DNA from: Convolutriloba macropyga
Lineage: Eukaryota
NCBI RefSeq assembly: GCF_964194025.1
Contig: NW_027452515.1
Coordinates: 1 to 64,000 of the forward strand
Length of the DNA stretch: 64,000 nucleotides
Reading direction: 5' to 3'
Notes under the pieces: generated by a model
The model's database searches: none
What the model was told of the DNA's origin: nothing
The model's input: the letters and a program-made list of their open reading frames with translations, nothing else
Position numbers and translations under genes: made by a program
Shown here: positions 24,960 through 37,563 of the stretch, one piece after another
How positions within the stretch are numbered: position 1 is the stretch's first letter
Layout: the number at the start of each line of letters is the position of its first letter

Positions 24960-27403
24960 TTTTATTTTTTGATTCATTTTTCCGTTTCACTTAAGTCACG
25001 ATTTTCACGTTTAACTTGACTCACTTCACTAACTGTTTCAACTGAATGGATTTTAAATTGTTGCACTGATTGAATTGCGTATTTTGGTACGGTCAATTTC
25101 AAAAGAGCAAAATCAAAAGAGACGGGATAAACTGAGAAAGCCCCGGCCTTGAGTCATAGTGCTTTAGGTTATCAAAGTTCTATAGAGTTTTTGCTAGGTG
25201 ATATTTGTATCAAGCTTATTAGTTTTCAATTTAGAAGCTAGATTAAGTACACTTTTAGAATCTAACTGAAACTGCACGCCAAATTAGAACACTTTTTGAC
25301 ACTGAAATAAAAACAGAAAAAAAGATCGGTCACTTTGTCTCTTCTTTTTTTGTTTAAATCCCGACGGGCATCAATTGCGTCAACGGTGGCTATTTTGCGC
25401 CAATCTGCCGGCATTTTCTGTTTATACAAATGTAGCTTGACGTTGACTGAAGCATTTGCACCTCGCACAGCTTAGGTCGATACCAAAAAATTTGCCTCAC
25501 ATTCTTGCCCAATTTAGAGAATAACAATGCACAAATTGTTTGGGTTTCATTGTTTCTTAAAATTTACTACATGGCCGCATTAGGAAAAATTTGAATCACG
25601 CAAAAAGAGAGACTAACTATCAAAATCGCTTTGTAACTCTCTTGCATTGGGAGCATTGGGAGACATTTCTTAAAAAAATAAAAATTTATTTTGTCAATTG
25701 TATCTTGAAGTGGCGCCTTAAAGCGTTTCAACTTGTTCCAGCTAATTTTTTTCTCAAAATCTCTCGAGCAAATTGGGAGCGTGGAGTAGTTTTGATCAAT
25801 TTCAATATACGTAATGGCTTATTGCTGTCTATTTTTTGGCTCAACCCAACGATGTCAAACTTGCTTTTCGTCCTACTCAACCCATTTTAATGGATTCTTA
25901 TGGATCTCTAGAAATGGATCTCTAGAATGGATCTCTCTTTTCAATGGATCACTAGAAAACTGGAAATGGCTTCCTTTGAAACTAATCAAAATAATTAAGC
26001 CAACGATTTGACTTTTGTTTAACCATCATGCAATGCTAAGAAGAGAGGAAAAAAATTGTCGCTATAAATTAAAGACAACGCTTATTCTGAAGAAGTTGTC
26101 CTGGGCGTTCATTTTGAAACTCTTTCAAGTGTATCATCGAAACCCGTCAAGCCTATAGTAATTTTTGTGGCACATGTTGCTTATTTTTGTTAACCAATAG
26201 GTTTCAATCACAGAACAAAATAGAAACTCGAAAAAAAGAAAAAAAAATGTTTTGCTTTATTATAGGCCCAAATAATTTTGAAGGCTGAATATTGAGCAAC
26301 GTTTTACGTATTTTTGATGTTAAAAAATTGGGTATAATCTGAAATTTTAAAAAATATATGGAAGTTCTTCCATTACTCTCGGAAAAAAATCATTTTGTTA
26401 ATCCTTGTCTATGAGAAAACTTTAACGGCAAAGTTTCATTGCATAAAGTTTTATAAACTTTTAATGTTACGATCGGAAGGGTCGGATAACAAAATTCTGT
26501 AGAAATTCTGCTCATATTGTTCTGATTTCTAATTTTTATAAAGAAATAGTTCTTATGCTTTTTAATTCCTCTCAAATGAAGTTTTTAGCAATTATATTAG
26601 TCCTGTGTTCTTTTTCCGCTTGAAGTTTTCCTTCTGTGCCTATTAATTTTTGGTCCTCAAAAACGTGATAAACAGGTAAGGCCCGGATAGCATTAGGTGG
26701 CTGAGCAGTTTTCTTAGGGCCTTACACATTACTAGTGTCTAGGTATGCGGCTCACAAAACTGTTTTGTATGGAGACGGTATTGGGTTCTGTTTAAAGTGG
26801 AATTCAGCTAAATAAATTGTAGAATTGAGAGGATAATCTTTGTTGCAAATTTTTGCGACTCCATTTGTTACATTTCCACGAAACGCGAAAGAGTCATTTT
26901 TGTCAAACCTTACTATATATTATTGGAATTAAATTCAACAAATAGGGAGTCTCAAGCGGTCAAAAGGACTGAACAATCTGTTTAGCAATTATTAGGGGAA
27001 CTTGTTCCCCAGGTTTAGACCGCGACTTTTGAAAAGACTCAAAATTTCTAGTGAGGGGGTCTTTCTTTCATTGACTAAAGTTTGGCTAAAATTACAAAGT
27101 CGAGCTCGCAACTTAAAATCGAGAACTTTTTTTCATGGGTCGAGTCACTGTTCGCAAAAGTGGAGAACTAAAATCATTTCATAAGTCGAGGTGTAATTTC
27201 TCAAGGTATTCAATTTCTCGGCCTCCTTTACTTTGGAATTTGAGAGAAAATTCGAATTTAGTTAATTTTTCTGTTGAATATAAAAGTAAGAAATTTGTAA
27301 TTATTAACACTGCCGGATTAATATCAGTTGTTTACTCGTCGATATGGCTCGGAATGCAGTTTTACTCTTTATTAACCTGAGTCGTAATGTTGACACATTT
27401 TAG

Positions 27404-27610
27404 GTTAATGCGAGTATTCCTCCGAAATACAATACCTACACAATGGACATCAAGCAGATGTTCTCTGAAGGTGGCAATTGGGAACCTAATCTGAGATTCA
27501 CTGTTAACAAAATACGACTGCTCATTATCAGGACAATAGGTGGTCAAAATGAACAGTGGTCAGTGATTATTTCCGTATCATCCCAGAACCTTAAAGCTCA
27601 GTTGAATTGA
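27404..27610 (+). CDS. Probable terminal exon (VNASIPPKYNTYTMDIKQMFSEGGNWEPNLRFTVNKIRLLIIRTIGGQNEQWSVIISVSSQNLKAQLN*)
   Basis: acattttag acceptor, 68 open codons to TGA; KIRLLIIRTIGG..W loosely resembles the C-terminal strands of galactose-binding / F5-8 type C folds. Confidence 0.45.
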   Translation, partial: VNASIPPKYNTYTMDIKQMFSEGGNWEPNLRFTVNKIRLLIIRTIGGQNEQWSVIISVSSQNLKAQLN

Positions 27611-27699
27611 ATCTTGGGCGCAGAATGGGATTATTTTCATTCTCATTATCTTCATTACTTGTTCACTTATATGTTGAGCCAAAAAACTTAAAAAAATAA

Positions 27700-28175
27700 A
27701 GGGTCCTGTCCCAGGGTCTACTTGGGGTCTGTTTGGTCTGTCTCAGGTTCTGGCTTGGGTCCGTTTACTGTCTCTGGGGTCCAAGTTCTGTTCGGTGTGG
27801 CAAACAAAGGTTGACTAAGTTGTCTTCAGACTGGCTTCGGTCTGTTCGGTCGAGAGGGTGTCCCAGGTTGAGATGTGCTTAACGATCAGACATTTAAAAA
27901 AGAATGCGGGTGGTATAGTGCGTTTTTGATTACATGGCGTCACTTGGGACTTTTTCATCTGGCTCTGTGTCTTGTCCTGCGTCTTTTCAATCTGGTTGCT
28001 AGAAATAGTCTGATCAGTCTGGCCCAGAGTCTGTTCTTGGGTCTGTTAAGTCTAGTTCAGGCTCTGGTTTGGGCCATTCAAATGACCTGGTTGACCAAAG
28101 TCTGTTGGTTTTGGCACATTCCTGGCTTTCGGTAGCTTCGATCTGAAGCCCCGTATATGACGCAGGTCTGTCTAG
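27700..28175. repeat. Low-complexity degenerate repeat rich in gtct / tctgg / gggtc motifs
   Basis: Repeated short motifs in two blocks. Confidence 0.45.
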
Positions 28176-29889
28176 CTCATATCTTTTTTTGGGCCGATGA
28201 CCTCATTCTCTTACATAATATATCGCTTTGCACAAACTGGGACACCTCGCAGGAAGCCTCACCCAGAGAAAAGAGTGTAATAAAAGGTTGTACATATAGC
28301 GTATTTTTAAAAGTGTATTAAGAGTGGACTAAAGATTGTAAATAGTGTAAAAAAAAGTGTAATTTTATTAAAATTACACCTTTACACTCTTTTCCTTGCT
28401 AATTAAGAGATGAATCGGCTATTACACCCTTATTATTGATTACTAACAGAGGGATACGGGTTAACGCCGTAGAATTCCTTAATTTGCGTTAAAATTGGCA
28501 TAAGCAGACACTGCGACTAAGTTAGATAATTTAAGTCAGGTTATTTAGGTTAAGTTAAGTATTTGAGTTTAGTCTTCTCTAATAAACAGTCATTTTTTCA
28601 AAGGCGCCAGAGAGGTAATATGAGTGATATATCTTCAAGAAACAAATTACTGAATAAAAGCGTATTTAGCTGTCAATAAATTTCGGTTACTTAGCAAAGT
28701 TGTATATGCGAATTGGGCCAAAATCCAAACGAGTGATTTAATTTTAGAAAAACACTAGAGAGCAAACTTGAATTTAGAATTGAACTAGATGTTTTGAAGA
28801 GAAACCGAATTTGGATTTGAATCAAAGGAACTTATTTTTACCAGAGATAAACAAGATAATCACTTTAAAAAATGAGGGAGGGGGATGCCGTTCACTCCCC
28901 CCGTGGGTAGTTATATTAAGCGGACGTTAACCAAGTTTTAATGGCATGTACATCTAATGGTACTCTCGAGCTTGCATAGTTTTTGGAACAACTGATCAAC
29001 CACTCTCGAGTTTTTAACACCGCAAGTAGCGTGATTCGAAAGTTTTGAAGTTTTCAGGTGAAAAATGACCAACTGAATAAAAAATATGGGCAAAAAATGT
29101 TTAAAACGAATAAGCATTCTGTGGTATTGGTTCTCGTTTTTCGAAAAAAAAAGTTTGAGAGGCTTTTAGGTTATTTAAAGCAGATAAAAATAGTGTATTT
29201 TCATAACAGGGTTTTAAGAACGTGATATTGAAAAGGTAATATCTCAAAATTTTTAAGTTGGATTAACCCGAAAAATTTTAGATAGACTAATTCCGACTCG
29301 GGGAATCCGAATGTGGATTCGGTTTTGAATTAAAACTAATTCCCAAGGAACCATCACTCGCCAGAGCTGCGGGACCTCAAAAATTGAATTGCTCGTGGAT
29401 TATTGGTATTAGCGTTATAATTTTTAAAGGGCTAGTGAAAATTTTGAAAGGTTCTCTGCTTCTAATGGTGCTATTTTTAACTTCCGAGTGCGACCGAAAA
29501 TTGATGCCTTGGGATGACCAGAGTGAAGACAAGTGGAAATTGCCTTTTCGAGCGGCCGACTGATTTTGAGTTGATAGAAATATGATAACCTGAGATATTT
29601 TGTGACACAGAAAAAATTTACTGTAGTCAAATTTGACGAACTCGGATTTTTTGAATTTTGGCATCCACGACTCCTTAAATAATTTCAAAAAGCAAAAGAA
29701 TCGCAACGGATTATACTAGGACAATAATTTTTGGAATGCCACTAGTTGGCACCCCACTGCTTTAATTATTTTCATCCGAAGTTAATTTGACTGCTAGAAC
29801 ACGAGATGTGATTTTTTCAGTTTGGATTCCCCGCTGAACACCAACAAAAACAGCGTGCACGCACTGCTCATGTCCTATTAAGAATTAGG

Positions 29890-30760
29890 TCGTAAAATTT
29901 GTAAGTAAGCGTTTTTGTGGATGAACCTTCTGCAGGAAAAATTGTTTATAACAACTTGAAGCCCCATCTAAGATAATTGACCACTGATTGACCTCTTTCA
30001 AATAGAGAGGTCAAATTTTGGGTTTCTTGGGCAATTGGTCTTTCTGGCATATAGAATGACAGCGAATTGCATGAAATGGTTTGAAAATTGAGAATAACAA
30101 TCGCTCTTAGTTTTAGGGTTGAGATAAGTTATTCAATAAACACATGGCATTTGACAAGAACTGATTGCAGCTAGTTTATTTTGAGAGTTGAAATGGATTG
30201 ATAAAAGCTTTTCATCGCAACGTTTGATGTCAACTAAGCAAACAGTACTGGAAATGACATGTGCAATATGTGTGATGAAAAGGAGTGTGATAAGAGTCCA
30301 AAGGTCGTTTATTTAAGAGAAAATAAAAATTGAACAATGGTTTGTACCAGTTGAATGACAGAGCATGATTTTGCAATGATTTGTTTACACAGTAAACAGA
30401 GTCCTCCAACAGAATGTGACAGATTTCAAGTGTAAGTTGCAATGTTTACTTTAAGAGATTAAAGTTTGTTTGCTTGAGATAAGAGCGTGTTGGTTGAGTA
30501 TAAATTGAAGTGACACAGAGAGATGAGATTTGGGAGACAGGTATTTGGCGAATTTTGGACCCACGAGGGATTTTTGCGCAAGCCAGAGAGAGCAATTGGC
30601 TTTGTGGGCTAAACTTTGGAAGACAGTGTCAAGAAGCAGAACAGAAACTTTAAGAGTTTTTTTGAGACTGAACTAGTAGTTTATAATTGCAAGACCAGTT
30701 GGGACACTGTGATTTAATTGGTTTAGTTCATTTGGGCAGTGAACCACGGATTTTATTTTT
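29890..30760 (+). pseudogene. Possible highly decayed transposase remnant (hAT-like)
   Basis: Purine-rich coding-like composition with fragments FCNDLF, LQQNV and WRILDPR; many stops, so family assignment is weak. Confidence 0.25.
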
Positions 30761-31506
30761 ATTTTTGTTGTTTTAATTACTATTATAAATCATCTCGAGT
30801 TTGTAATTTCCAATGATGTGCGAGTAATTATCCACATAACCAAAATTGAAATTGCGAGCAACAACAAGAATTAACTTATTTCAAGGCAATCTGGTCTGCA
30901 ACAGCGTAAAAGAGTGGAAGTGGGGAAATAGCCGACTAACAAAGTAGCTCTTGCTTCACCATTTCAAAACACTTAGCTCATTTTATTTGATCACTCTTCT
31001 GGGCGACAGAGACCCTCAATGTTGGCCAAGCAGAAATTCAGAAGACGACAAACGCCTCGGCCGGGGTACGAGATCGTAAAATACTTCAACTTGTGATAAA
31101 TCGTTCATGTCCTCTATACTTACTCAGTGCGTCTATTTCCGCTGATTTACTCGTGATGGCAGCCCTTCCAACTCCCCCTTGCTTGACCCCCACTTCCGTT
31201 CACATGCAGTCCATTTTTACTTTAAACCTCTTTTGCCGCTTTTAAACCCTTATTAACAAATATTTCACATCAGAGGAGAATACGAGCAAATAAACATCCT
31301 TCTTAAACACAGTTTTTGAAGTTTTATGCTTCTTTTATTTTGCATTATTTTTTAGTATAGAACTCAGTGCCATTTATCAACTTAAAAAATTTCGGCAACT
31401 TTTTGTAATAATAATGAAAACCGTTAACATGAATCTAGCATTGTTGTTATTATGAAGACATATCACTTTAAGAAGACAAGCACATAAAATCTCCGAACAT
31501 TTTCAG

Positions 31507-31702
31507 TAACAAGCCGGAGAAATTGAGCCTCTCTTTGACCGTGGACAAATCGGACCCAAGCAAGTTTCTCTACGAAGTTGGCACGACCATCACGTGCACC
31601 AAAACCTGGCAAAATTGTATGAAAGACAACAAAATGATTGGAGAGAACAAGTTTGAGTACCTCAAGACATCAATGGCCATGGCTTGTTACTTGTGTTTTC
31701 AA
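31507..31702 (+). CDS. Probable host exon (NKPEKLSLSLTVDKSDPSKFLYEVGTTITCTKTWQNCMKDNKMIGENKFEYLKTSMAMACYLCFQ; phase 2 to 0)
   Basis: cattttcag acceptor, aa|gtaaca donor, 65 open codons with higher GC than the flanks. Confidence 0.55.
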
Positions 31703-31766
31703 GTAACACTTATTTCATATGATAAAGAACGGCCAGATATCGAAACAAAATGCAGTAAGAAATCAG

Positions 31767-31953
31767 GGATCTAGTCTGGAGTCTGATTCCCCCCCCCCGC
31801 CCCCAGTGTTTTTTATGACCCCCAGTTACAATTTCTATGTTGTTACATAGCACGTTACTATGTGAGAAAATAACACGTGCGTCTGGGGGTCATAAAAAAA
31901 TTTATGCTCACTGAGCCGGGGGGGGGGGGGGGGGGACGAAACAGAATAGATCC
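31767..31953 (+). mobile_element. MITE family A, copy 3, with 8-bp TSD GAAATCAG/GAAATCAC (Merlin- or hAT-like)
   Basis: GGATCT...AGATCC termini; flanks 31759-31766 and 31954-31961 match 7/8. Confidence 0.8.
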
Positions 31954-33097
31954 GAAATCACTTTGTTCACGATGCGGCTAATTTGCTACTATACTCAACA
32001 TCAGTTAAGTCTCAGAAAGTTTTTTTTGCTCTCAAGGTTTGAAGCAATTTTTTGGCTCCCGTCTGTCTTTATAGCTAGAAAGCAGTAGCCAAGTTCATAC
32101 AATTCCATAAGAATTTTAATGGTATTGTGGCGCTGATTTTTTTAAAGAGCTGTTCACTCATTTTGATCTTTTTCGGAGTCACTTTAGAGGGATGATATTG
32201 ATCACGTCAAAAAAAGAAGTGAAGTGAGGAAAAGTGTATGGTTTTGTGGTGAGAAGTTATTGAACAAGAGTTAGAAAACCAAATTTGATGAATAAAATGC
32301 CTTCTTGATAACGTTTCTTGTAATAAGACCCATGCCAGCAGTTTGAAAGCAACGCGTCGCCTGTTAGTCTGTTATGCCCTCTAACATATTGAAGCGATTT
32401 TTCAACGAAACTGAAACTCAAGCCGCCATTCGAGCAGAAAGTGTATAAAGTTTTAAAAAGAAATTTTTTGAAGACATTTTTCGAAATATAATTGGAAGTA
32501 AAATTTGGCTAACAAACTGCTTTATGCGTCAATTTTGGATCAACCAATATCTTGGGTCAATTCATACCGGAAAGATAATTTGTCTTTGAGCTGCCTCCGA
32601 AATTGTTTAATGTTTTTTAGACCAATGTGGGGACGATTCGACTTCGGAAAGCTGCTCCTATTGCAGATATAGCACTGCTGTCTTTGGAGTACACACACGT
32701 AAGTGTTTTCTCTAATCTTATACTATACTTAATAATTGCTCTCAAGCGAAGTTTGTAGCAATTATATTAGTCCTGTCGGTCTTTTTATGCGATTTTTCGC
32801 TTGACCGATTTTTCGTCTGACGCTTTTGAATTTTCGTCCTCAAAAACGGGATAAACAGGTACCACCCAGCGGGCATTAAGTGCTCTTAGAGCCATTTAGC
32901 TCTGTTTCAGCTCAAAATGTTTTTAGAGACTTATACTTATACTTATGGTGTGAAGGGCGGTTCTTAGAGGTTGAAGACACCCCCACTGGTGACCCCCCCC
33001 TATTGCCCCACCCCCCACCGCGCTGTCGCCCCCTACCCTAGTGTTCTTCCCCCAAATCTGCTCCCCGGTGTTGTCCTAGGTGTCAAAGAACCCCCCA

Positions 33098-34090
33098 TAG
33101 GGTTTGATAATAGGTTACTGCATTGTTTCTAGTGGTAATGGAATGGTTTCAAAATTTTAACATCACAAATTTCAGCAATTTTTTGACAAAATGTACAATT
33201 TTTTCAAATTTTTGACGTTTTTATCCCTATTCAAGTCTTTTTAGACCTAGGGGCCAGAAAACATTCTAAGGGGGTCGATAACAAAATACTGCAGAACTTC
33301 TAATGGTCAGGGAATAGTTTTTCAAATTTTAATCTCACAAATTTTAGCAATTTTTGTTATGAAACTTGCTTTTTTTAAAATCTTTTTCGGTTTTTTAGAT
33401 TTTTTCAGCGTCAAGAGCCAAGGAACCTCCTCTAGGGTTCTAAAATAGGTTTGAATAATTTTTAGATTAAATAGAATGTCTTGCAAGATTTTAACATATG
33501 TTTCATATTTTAGCATATGTTTCATATTTTTGGCCATTTTTCAATTTTTTGACATTTATACTCATTATTCAGATTTTTTGAACCTCAAAAGTCAGAAAAG
33601 CTCCATTAGAGTTTCATATTAACTTTCTGGAAAATTTTTGGTCATGGAATAATTGTCACTTTTTTAATATCACAAGGTATAGCAAGTTTTTTTTGAAACT
33701 TGCATTTTTTTTCTAAGTTTTTCAAAAACTTTGTCATTTCTTAGGTTTCTCTAGCCTCAAGGGCCTCGGAACTTCTTCTAGGGTTTGATAATATATTACT
33801 GCATAGTTTAGAAATGAAATGGAATGTTCTTCAAGATTTTAATAACACGAAGATAAGAAATTTAAAAAAAATTATTTGCAATTTTTCATATTGTTGATTT
33901 TATCTGGCAAGAGAGGCCCTCGAACCTCCTCCAAGGTTTGGCAATAGGCTGCTGCATAGTTTTTATAGTTAATGGGATGGTGGTCAACTTTTTTTATGAC
34001 TCCAGTTTTAATAATTTTTGGATAAAATTTAAACTTTTCAAATTTTTGGAAAATTTGTATATTCCAAGTTTATGGATCTTCATGAGCCTG
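33098..34090 (+). repeat. Degenerate satellite of ~6 units of ~165-175 bp with dimeric (~340-bp) structure
   Basis: Recurrent (c)tagggtttgataata...actgca motif at ~33098, 33268, 33432, 33607, 33778 and 33934. Confidence 0.7.
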
Positions 34091-36322
34091 GGAAACGATT
34101 TCTGGCTTGGAACAGGGATACCGGATAGTCTCTTGAGACAATGAATTGGCTCTTAAGATATTAGTGTCTTGCGTAATGTCATCATCACTGATCCTCATTA
34201 TCAATGAGTTATAGTTGAAATGTTCTAAATCATAACTGATCTAACAGGCACTTTTTAGGAAACCCTTGTTAATTGCTCTCAAAAGCAATCTGTAGCAAAT
34301 TTATTAACCTTGTTTGTTTTTAAGCAATTTTTTGCTTGGCCGATTTTCGGTCTGACCCATTTGACTTTCGTTTTCATAAACGGGATAAAGATGTAGTGCC
34401 CTGAGGTCACTAAACCTTGGCTAGCTGCTGACGAATCCAACCGCTCGCCGGTCGTTTGAGAGCAATTTGCCCGATATTAGTCGGTTATGATTTTGTTATT
34501 CAAAAATTAACACTCAGATTCACCAATTCATTTTTTAATATTCGCAAAGGGGTAGCTGTCGCTACTATTGGTCGTCTCTTGGCCTTTTACAATTCAAGGA
34601 ATGTGAATTGTTTAGAGACAAAATGTCCATTTTAAAGATCAGTTCACAAATTTTTGTGCTTTTCAATTTCAGGCGGCTATTATTGCGCTCCGAACTTTTT
34701 TTTCAATTCAAAGAATTTGTAATGTTTTCAGGCGCTGCCTTTTTTCAATATCTGTTCACACATTTTTATGATTTTGAAGACAATTTGCAGCGGTGATTTT
34801 GGTCACGCCGAAACAGAAAGTGGAGCGAAAAAACAAGTGGTTTTGCGGTGTGCATCTTTTTCGCTCTAACTTTAAAGTAGAGTGAGAAAACTTTGTTTGA
34901 ACAAAATTCTGTTTCTCGCTCGTTGTTTTTGGTTCGCATGCTGCAATTTCACATTGATTTTTACCGTTTTTTCGGTTTTTTGGATCGGATTTTTTTCTAA
35001 ATGTTTTTCATAACCCATTCATAGTTCATCCTAGTCCTAGTTTTTTGTTAGAACCAAATTTTAATTTCTCGTTAGTGGTTTTTTGCTCAAATTCAGCATT
35101 TTGATTTTGATTTTCTGTTTTTTTTATTTTTTTTATCTGATTTTTTAGAAATTGGTTTTCCAATTAACTCATAGTCCGCTGTAGGTCTAGTTTTTTCTTT
35201 AGTTAATGAAAATTCTCTGAATTTTACGTCAGGACTTGTCTTGCTATGTTGTTTTATTTCGTCTAACAGACTTTTGTTTCGTTATACCCTGACTTCTTGG
35301 AATTGACATTTTCGATGACGTCAGTGACTTCTACTGCTTTGAAGTTAAAATTTGTGTTCGGGACGTCATTTCTGTTTTTATGTCCGTTGCGTGACTTACC
35401 TCACTCAAAAAATGACTTCTGAAGTCACTTATGGAATTTTATATTTTATGAAAATTTAATAATTAAAGGTCAAAAGTGCATCTAAGTAGTGCCAAAATTA
35501 TATGCCCTAATTCCTAGAGTTTTGAGTAATAGAATTTTGGGTTTTAATATCGAATTTTAATTTCGAAAAAACTCCATTAGGGACTCTTCCTTGTAGAGCA
35601 AATTTATCTCATAAAAATGACAGTCTGAATCTAACCCAAAAGTCTATTGGTCAATTAAAAAGTTGGTGGTCGATCTGTCAATCTTATTTCTTTAGTTTTT
35701 CAATTCAAGGTAGGCCACAAGCGTCTATTTTGGCTATTATCCGGCAATCTGCTGGCTATGTTTGAAGTCAAATTAAAGTGATGAATTTGGTTTCCCAAAA
35801 ACAGGAGGTAGAAAAAAGCAAGTGTTCTTGCGGCGTGCGGTTTTTGACACTCTAATTTTAAAGCATGGTGTGAAAACGGTGGTTGAACAAAAATTTGCCT
35901 TCTCGCATGCGGTTCTTTCTTCCAATGGGGAAAATGTGCTTTAAAATTTTTTGTTTAGTTTTCTATTGCATTTTTCTAAATGGTTTTCCCAATCCATTCA
36001 CATTCCACTCCTGTTCTATTATACTGTTTAGTTAATGAAATTTCTTCGAATGTTTGACCAGGATTTGTTGTGCTATGTTTTTTATTTCATTTTCCAGAGT
36101 TTTGTTACGAACAATTGCTATAGGAACAATTTAAATCTTTTTTGGTCAATTAATCATTCGTGCAAGTTCGACTGAATTATAAACCTTAAGTAATGAATTT
36201 TTCTGTTCATTCTCGTGATTAAGTTTTTAGTCACACGTGACTTAGTTCACTCTCAAAAGTGATTTCCTACTATCAAACTGCCTTTTCCTTACTTCAATTC
36301 AATGAGATAAGGTCTAATGAGA

Positions 36323-36323
<1 letters not shown>

Positions 36324-36372
<49 letters not shown>
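36324..36372. repeat. (TG)n microsatellite
   Basis: Seen directly. Confidence 0.98.
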
Positions 36373-36373
<1 letters not shown>

Positions 36374-37443
36374 ACAATAATTGAAATTTATTTGAGATCC
36401 GATAATAGAACCAGCAATAAAAAATACAGATACAAAATCATAAATATAATATAAAAATAAATCATACAAAAAATAAATTCTGAGCAATTTTATAGGTAAT
36501 TTTTCTCTTTTTCTGTCTGTTCTTTGATTATATTTTGATACAGCCGATCTGCAAAACTATCGCGGCTATTTTGTGGCAATCTGGCAGCTATGTTAATTTT
36601 TAGCAATAAAAAATTCAATAAGTAGTAAACTTAAGAAACTCTTAGGAAAATTTTATGGAGCCGTCTTATAGATATAAAGCTATTTTGCTATTTTGCGATG
36701 ACTTTTTATTCGGCAATTAGTAATGCAAGCGTCTTTACTGCTATTGGCTTCTTTTTCAAATTAAGGTCTTCTTTTTATATCTAATTGGCACGTTGGTAAC
36801 ATCTGACTTTTCGATTTTTTGTCCTCTGAGAGAGAATAAACAACTAAATCCCAGAGGCCATTAAGTCACTAAGCAGCTCGTTTCGATCCTTAGTAGTCTC
36901 TGAGTGTACAAAGAACCGAATCTGCTGAGGAGACGCAAATTAATGTTGTAGAGGGCAGTTTTTGAGCGCAGCTTTGACTCCTGCAACCCGAGCTAATAGA
37001 CTGGACAGTTTCGTGTGCGTCTTCAGTCTAGCAAATGCCAGAGTTTGGTCTGGTGCTTACGCATTTTTAATAAAATCTGTCAAGCTCTTTTTTCTCCAAA
37101 ATTCTTTTTTGGTTGGAACCATACCTGTTTTTGGGTCTGTTGGGTCTATTCGAATCTATAGCGTGGACAAATGAAAGCTGTGTCAACTGGACCACTTTAC
37201 CCCCACTCCATATTCCCTACAATAAAATCGCACTTTTTAAAATTATCCTATTCTTAATATTAAAGCTTTGTGTTATTCCCGGTGAAATGTAAAAACATGA
37301 AACCGATTTAATCCTGATTCTATCAGGTTGGAAATTTTCATTAAAAGTTTGCTGTAGTTGTTTTTATTTGTGTTACAAGTATGCCTGTAACCATTTGGTT
37401 AAAATTTTAAATTGCCCGTTTTAATTGGAAATAATTTTTTCAG

Positions 37444-37563
37444 CGACTCCAAAGTTGAGAGACCTCAAATGTATAACTGTTGATTTTGTGAACGGAGTAA
37501 TCACATTCACGATGACAGTTGATTACTTCGAACCAGACATAGTCCAGCTGCAGTACTCAGTTG
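37444..37563 (+). CDS. 120-bp exon resembling the N-terminal half of an FN3 domain (xTPKLRDLKCITVDFVNGVITFTMTVDYFEPDIVQLQYSV+g; phase 1 to 1)
   Basis: Strong ataattttttcag acceptor and g|gtaagt donor; open frame; P-x-x-x-x-L followed by alternating hydrophobic strands. Confidence 0.65.

Noticed and set aside
27362-27590. Minus-strand exon (TTYCPDNEQ...VNITTQ with a gttaat donor)
   Set aside because: Needs a frameshift to reach its acceptor; the + strand frame is fully open and matches the strand of the other exons.
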